Of a stretch of DNA of 64,000 bases, positions 61,184-64,000 are shown piece after piece. Numbering within the stretch: position 1 is the first letter of the stretch; every line of letters begins with the position of its first letter. The notes beneath the pieces were generated by a model. The model did no database searches. It saw only the letters and a program-made list of their open reading frames with translations, and was not told where the DNA came from. The translations under genes were made by a program, and so were the position numbers. Origin of the DNA: an uncultured Acidobacteriota bacterium (GTDB taxonomy: Bacteria > Acidobacteriota > Blastocatellia > RBC074); assembly GCA_963699175.1 (NCBI GenBank), contig OY969418.1, positions 1,666,791 through 1,730,790 of the forward strand, read 5' to 3'.

Positions 61184-63751
61184 CTACTCCGACCGCAAAA
61201 TCCCCAACGGCTTTTTCACTAACACATCCCAACTCGACGCCACCCCGACCGCCATCACCAACACCAACGCCGCCACCACGCCCAACAGATTGACCGACGG
61301 CACAAAGCGCCAGGTAATCTCCAATCCGTACTTACTCACCGCCCAAGTCAATACAATCGCCGCTGACGAGCCGAGCAGCCCGGCCAGCAAGCCCAGCACG
61401 CCATATTCGACCAGCAGCGTCGCTACGATCAGTTTTCGCTTCGCGCCAAGCGTCTTCAAGATGGCCGATTCGTAGAGCCGGTGGAACTTGGTCATCGCAA
61501 TCGAGCCGACCAAAATCAACAAGCCGCTCAAAAAGACGAAGCCGCCCACGAAAGTCACGGCCAGCGAGACGTTGCCGACGATGCCCCGCACGACTTCGAG
61601 GATGTCGTAGACGTTTATCACCGAAATATTGGGAAAACGATCTACCAAGTCGCGTTGGAATTGCGCGCGGGCGTTGCTGTCGCCTGAGCCAGGCGGCGGG
61701 CCTTTGAGCGCGCTCACGTACATCGTCGGCGCTTTGTCGAGCGCGCCGGGGCGAAAGACGATCAGGAAGCCCGTGCGCGCGTTGCGCCAATCTACGCGAC
61801 GGACGCTGGTGACGCGCGCGGTGATCGGCTTGCCCAAGATGTCGAAGGTCACGCGGTCGCCGAATTGTAAGCCGAGTTCTTTGTTCAACAACTCTTCAAT
61901 CGAAATCTCCGGCTCTTCGCCCGGCGCGGTCTCGCCGTCTTTGGGCCAGAACTTGCCCGCAATGAGCGTCTCCGACTCGTCGAGTTTCGGGCGATAGGTC
62001 AGCACGTATTCGCGCCCCAGCAAACCGCGATTGTCGCTGACAGGCACGCGGTCGGGGTTTACGTCGCGCCCATTGATCTGCGCGATGCGTGCGCGGATAG
62101 TCGGAATGAGTTGAGGCGCGGTGCCAATCGCTTCTCTGATAAATCCGCTGAGACTGACCAATTGGTCACGCTGAATGTCTACCAGGTAAATGTCTGCGCG
62201 CTCCGCGTTGTTCAGATCAACGCTGAACTCGTCGAGCAGGTTGATCTGCAACAGGCGCACCGAGACGACGAAGAATACGCCGAGACCGACAGCCAGCAGG
62301 ATAATGCGTGACTGATTGCCTGGACGATAGAGGCTGTTGACGCCTTGCCGTAAGGCGAAAGATGGCAGGCGCCGCAGCCCGCTCAAGCTGCGCATCAACA
62401 ACCACGCGGCCAGATTCAACACGACGGTCATCGCCGCCAAACCGGCCAGAAAGATCGAGCCGATTTTGAGCGAACCGGCTTGCCAACTGGCCAGCGCGAG
62501 TAGACCTAAGCCAACGGCGATGCTGACCGCGATGCGCGTGTAATCGCGCCACCAACTGGGGCGGCCACCTTCCAATGCCGCGCCGCTGCGCAAAACCAGA
62601 ATCGGTTTGATGCGGCGAATTTCCAGTAGCGGCACCAGCGAGAAGAGCAGCGAGATCAGCAGCCCGATGCCCAAGCCTTGCAACATCGCCGACCAGGTCA
62701 ATTTGAATTCGATGTCGAGCGGCAGCCGCCCTTTGAAATAGACTGGCAAGGCCAACATCGTCAGCTTGGCCAGCAGCAGGCCGAGCAAGCTGCCCAGCAA
62801 TCCCAGCACCATCACCTGCGTCAAATATGCTCCCAGCACACGCCGGTTGTTGCTGCCCAATGTCTTCAGAATGGCAATCGTCTTCATCTTCTGCGTGATG
62901 AAGACGCGCGTGACGCTGGAAATGCCGATGCCGCCGAGCACCAAAATCACCAAGCCGATCAAGCTGAGGAAGTCTTCGACCTGCGACAACGAATTGCTCA
63001 GCCGGTCTTGCGAGTAACGGTAGGAGCGGACGGAGATGAAGGATTGCGACTCGAAGGCGCGGCGCAATTGCAGGTAAAGTTCGTTGACCGCGCCTTCACG
63101 CGCTTTGAAGAGCACGCGATGACGCGCGCGGCTGCCGAAGCCAAGTAAGCCCGTGTTCGCTGCATCGGCGTAATCAATCAACACACGCGGCCCAAAGCTG
63201 AAGGTGAGCGTATTGCCCGGCTCTTTCTCGATCACGCCGCGAATGGTGAAGGGTTGATCGTTGATCAGGATGCGGTCGCCAACTTTCAGGTTATACGCAG
63301 TCAGCACGGCTTGGCGTACCAGCGCGCCACGGTTTTTTAGCAAGTCGTGCGAATAACTCACGCCGTCGCTCAGTTCCAGCGCGCCGTAAAATGGGAACTG
63401 CTCCTGCACGGCTTTCAACTCGACCATCTTGGGCGTAGCGCGGCGGTTGTTGGCTGGCCTGACCATCGTCGCCGTTTCCAGCAGTTCAGTGTGCGCAGCG
63501 GCAGCAGGCGATGCGTAAAATTGCTTCAGCGTCTTCTGCGTCGCTTCGTCGAAGGGCGCGTTCGACGAGACTTGCACATCCGCCGTCAGTAACGCGCGCG
63601 ACTCTTTGGTGACTGACGCTTTTAGGTTTTGCACCAATGAGCGCAGCGCAATGATCGAGCCGACACCGATGGCGATGCAGATGAAGAAGAAGAAAAGCCG
63701 CTGCCAGGAGGAGCGCATTTCGCGGCGCGCGAGGTTGAAGACGAATCTCAT
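61184..63751 (-). CDS. ABC transporter permease, MacB/FtsX-like with two FtsX domains
   Basis: 855 aa. N-terminal TM, large periplasmic domain and 4-TM FtsX module, duplicated. It overlaps the upstream ATPase gene by 4 nt. Confidence 0.8.
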   Translation of the reverse strand: MRFVFNLARREMRSSWQRLFFFFICIAIGVGSIIALRSLVQNLKASVTKESRALLTADVQVSSNAPFDEATQKTLKQFYASPAAAAHTELLETATMVRPANNRRATPKMVELKAVQEQFPFYGALELSDGVSYSHDLLKNRGALVRQAVLTAYNLKVGDRILINDQPFTIRGVIEKEPGNTLTFSFGPRVLIDYADAANTGLLGFGSRARHRVLFKAREGAVNELYLQLRRAFESQSFISVRSYRYSQDRLSNSLSQVEDFLSLIGLVILVLGGIGISSVTRVFITQKMKTIAILKTLGSNNRRVLGAYLTQVMVLGLLGSLLGLLLAKLTMLALPVYFKGRLPLDIEFKLTWSAMLQGLGIGLLISLLFSLVPLLEIRRIKPILVLRSGAALEGGRPSWWRDYTRIAVSIAVGLGLLALASWQAGSLKIGSIFLAGLAAMTVVLNLAAWLLMRSLSGLRRLPSFALRQGVNSLYRPGNQSRIILLAVGLGVFFVVSVRLLQINLLDEFSVDLNNAERADIYLVDIQRDQLVSLSGFIREAIGTAPQLIPTIRARIAQINGRDVNPDRVPVSDNRGLLGREYVLTYRPKLDESETLIAGKFWPKDGETAPGEEPEISIEELLNKELGLQFGDRVTFDILGKPITARVTSVRRVDWRNARTGFLIVFRPGALDKAPTMYVSALKGPPPGSGDSNARAQFQRDLVDRFPNISVINVYDILEVVRGIVGNVSLAVTFVGGFVFLSGLLILVGSIAMTKFHRLYESAILKTLGAKRKLIVATLLVEYGVLGLLAGLLGSSAAIVLTWAVSKYGLEITWRFVPSVNLLGVVAALVLVMAVGVASSWDVLVKKPLGILRSE

Positions 63752-64000
63752 CGCGCCGCCTCCTTTGCTTCAGGGAAAGGAGCATTAGCTTTTGCGCTCA
63801 ACTCGTCGCTGACAATGCGCCCATCGCTCAGCGAAATCTTCCGGTCTGCCAGTCCGGCCAATTGATGATCGTGCGTGACCAGCAAGAGTGTAGCGCCGCG
63901 CTCGTGATTGAGATTGAGCAGCAATTCAAAAATGTGCGCGCCGTTCTTGGAATCCAAGTTGCCAGTTGGCTCGTCGGCCAGCAGTATTTGCGGCTCGTTG
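63748..64000 (-). CDS. ABC transporter ATP-binding protein, N-terminus beyond window
   Basis: LLADEPTGNLDSKNGAHIFELLLNLNHERGATLLLVTHD (ABC signature, Walker B and H-loop region). Confidence 0.75.
   Translation of the reverse strand, partial: NEPQILLADEPTGNLDSKNGAHIFELLLNLNHERGATLLLVTHDHQLAGLADRKISLSDGRIVSDELSAKANAPFPEAKEAAR

Overview
This is a 64 kb high-GC (~60%) bacterial chromosomal segment. Its domain content suggests an Acidobacteria (Solibacter/Bryobacter-like) genome, but that is inference only. The evidence is a TIGR03437 'Soli_cterm'-like domain, DUF11 repeats, a long MacB/FtsX permease and several giant beta-helix/Ig-repeat secreted proteins.

Housekeeping genes are clear: purA, trxB, trxA, glgA and an asd-(hyp)-lysC-thrC aspartate-pathway cluster. 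There are also a GH20 hexosaminidase, RqcH/NFACT, glycosyltransferases, and M14/M19/D-aminoacylase hydrolases.

Accessory content, in window order:
- Two paralogous giant secreted beta-helix proteins (14.7-18.7 kb and 19.1-23.4 kb) have unrelated N-terminal passenger regions. They share a conserved ~310-aa cysteine-containing C-terminal domain ending IFPPNC that I do not recognise.
- A translationally coupled operon encodes a ThiS/MoaD-like ubiquitin-like protein ending Gly-Gly, followed by an 865-aa DUF4132-like protein.
- A 2355-aa Ig/cadherin-repeat adhesin ends in a BNR/Asp-box propeller.
- A defense-island-like patch lies at 44.8-51.7 kb. It contains an HigA-like HTH gene downstream of a 460-aa Zn-ribbon + DUF4365 (PD-(D/E)xK) protein, and a low-GC lipoprotein with two WD40 propellers split by a TM helix. 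It also holds a stand-alone TIR protein, a MazF/antitoxin pair, an 88-bp duplicate of the TIR 5' end and a 34-bp perfect inverted repeat. A frameshifted IS200/RAYT transposase with REP palindrome pairs completes it.

The non-coding DNA is unusually rich in ~80-130 bp palindromic elements. Four families occur twice each within the window, one of them positioned identically in the 5'UTR of two secreted-enzyme genes. Separately, intercistronic hairpins have arms built from tandem heptamers. No rRNA, tRNA or CRISPR array was recognised.
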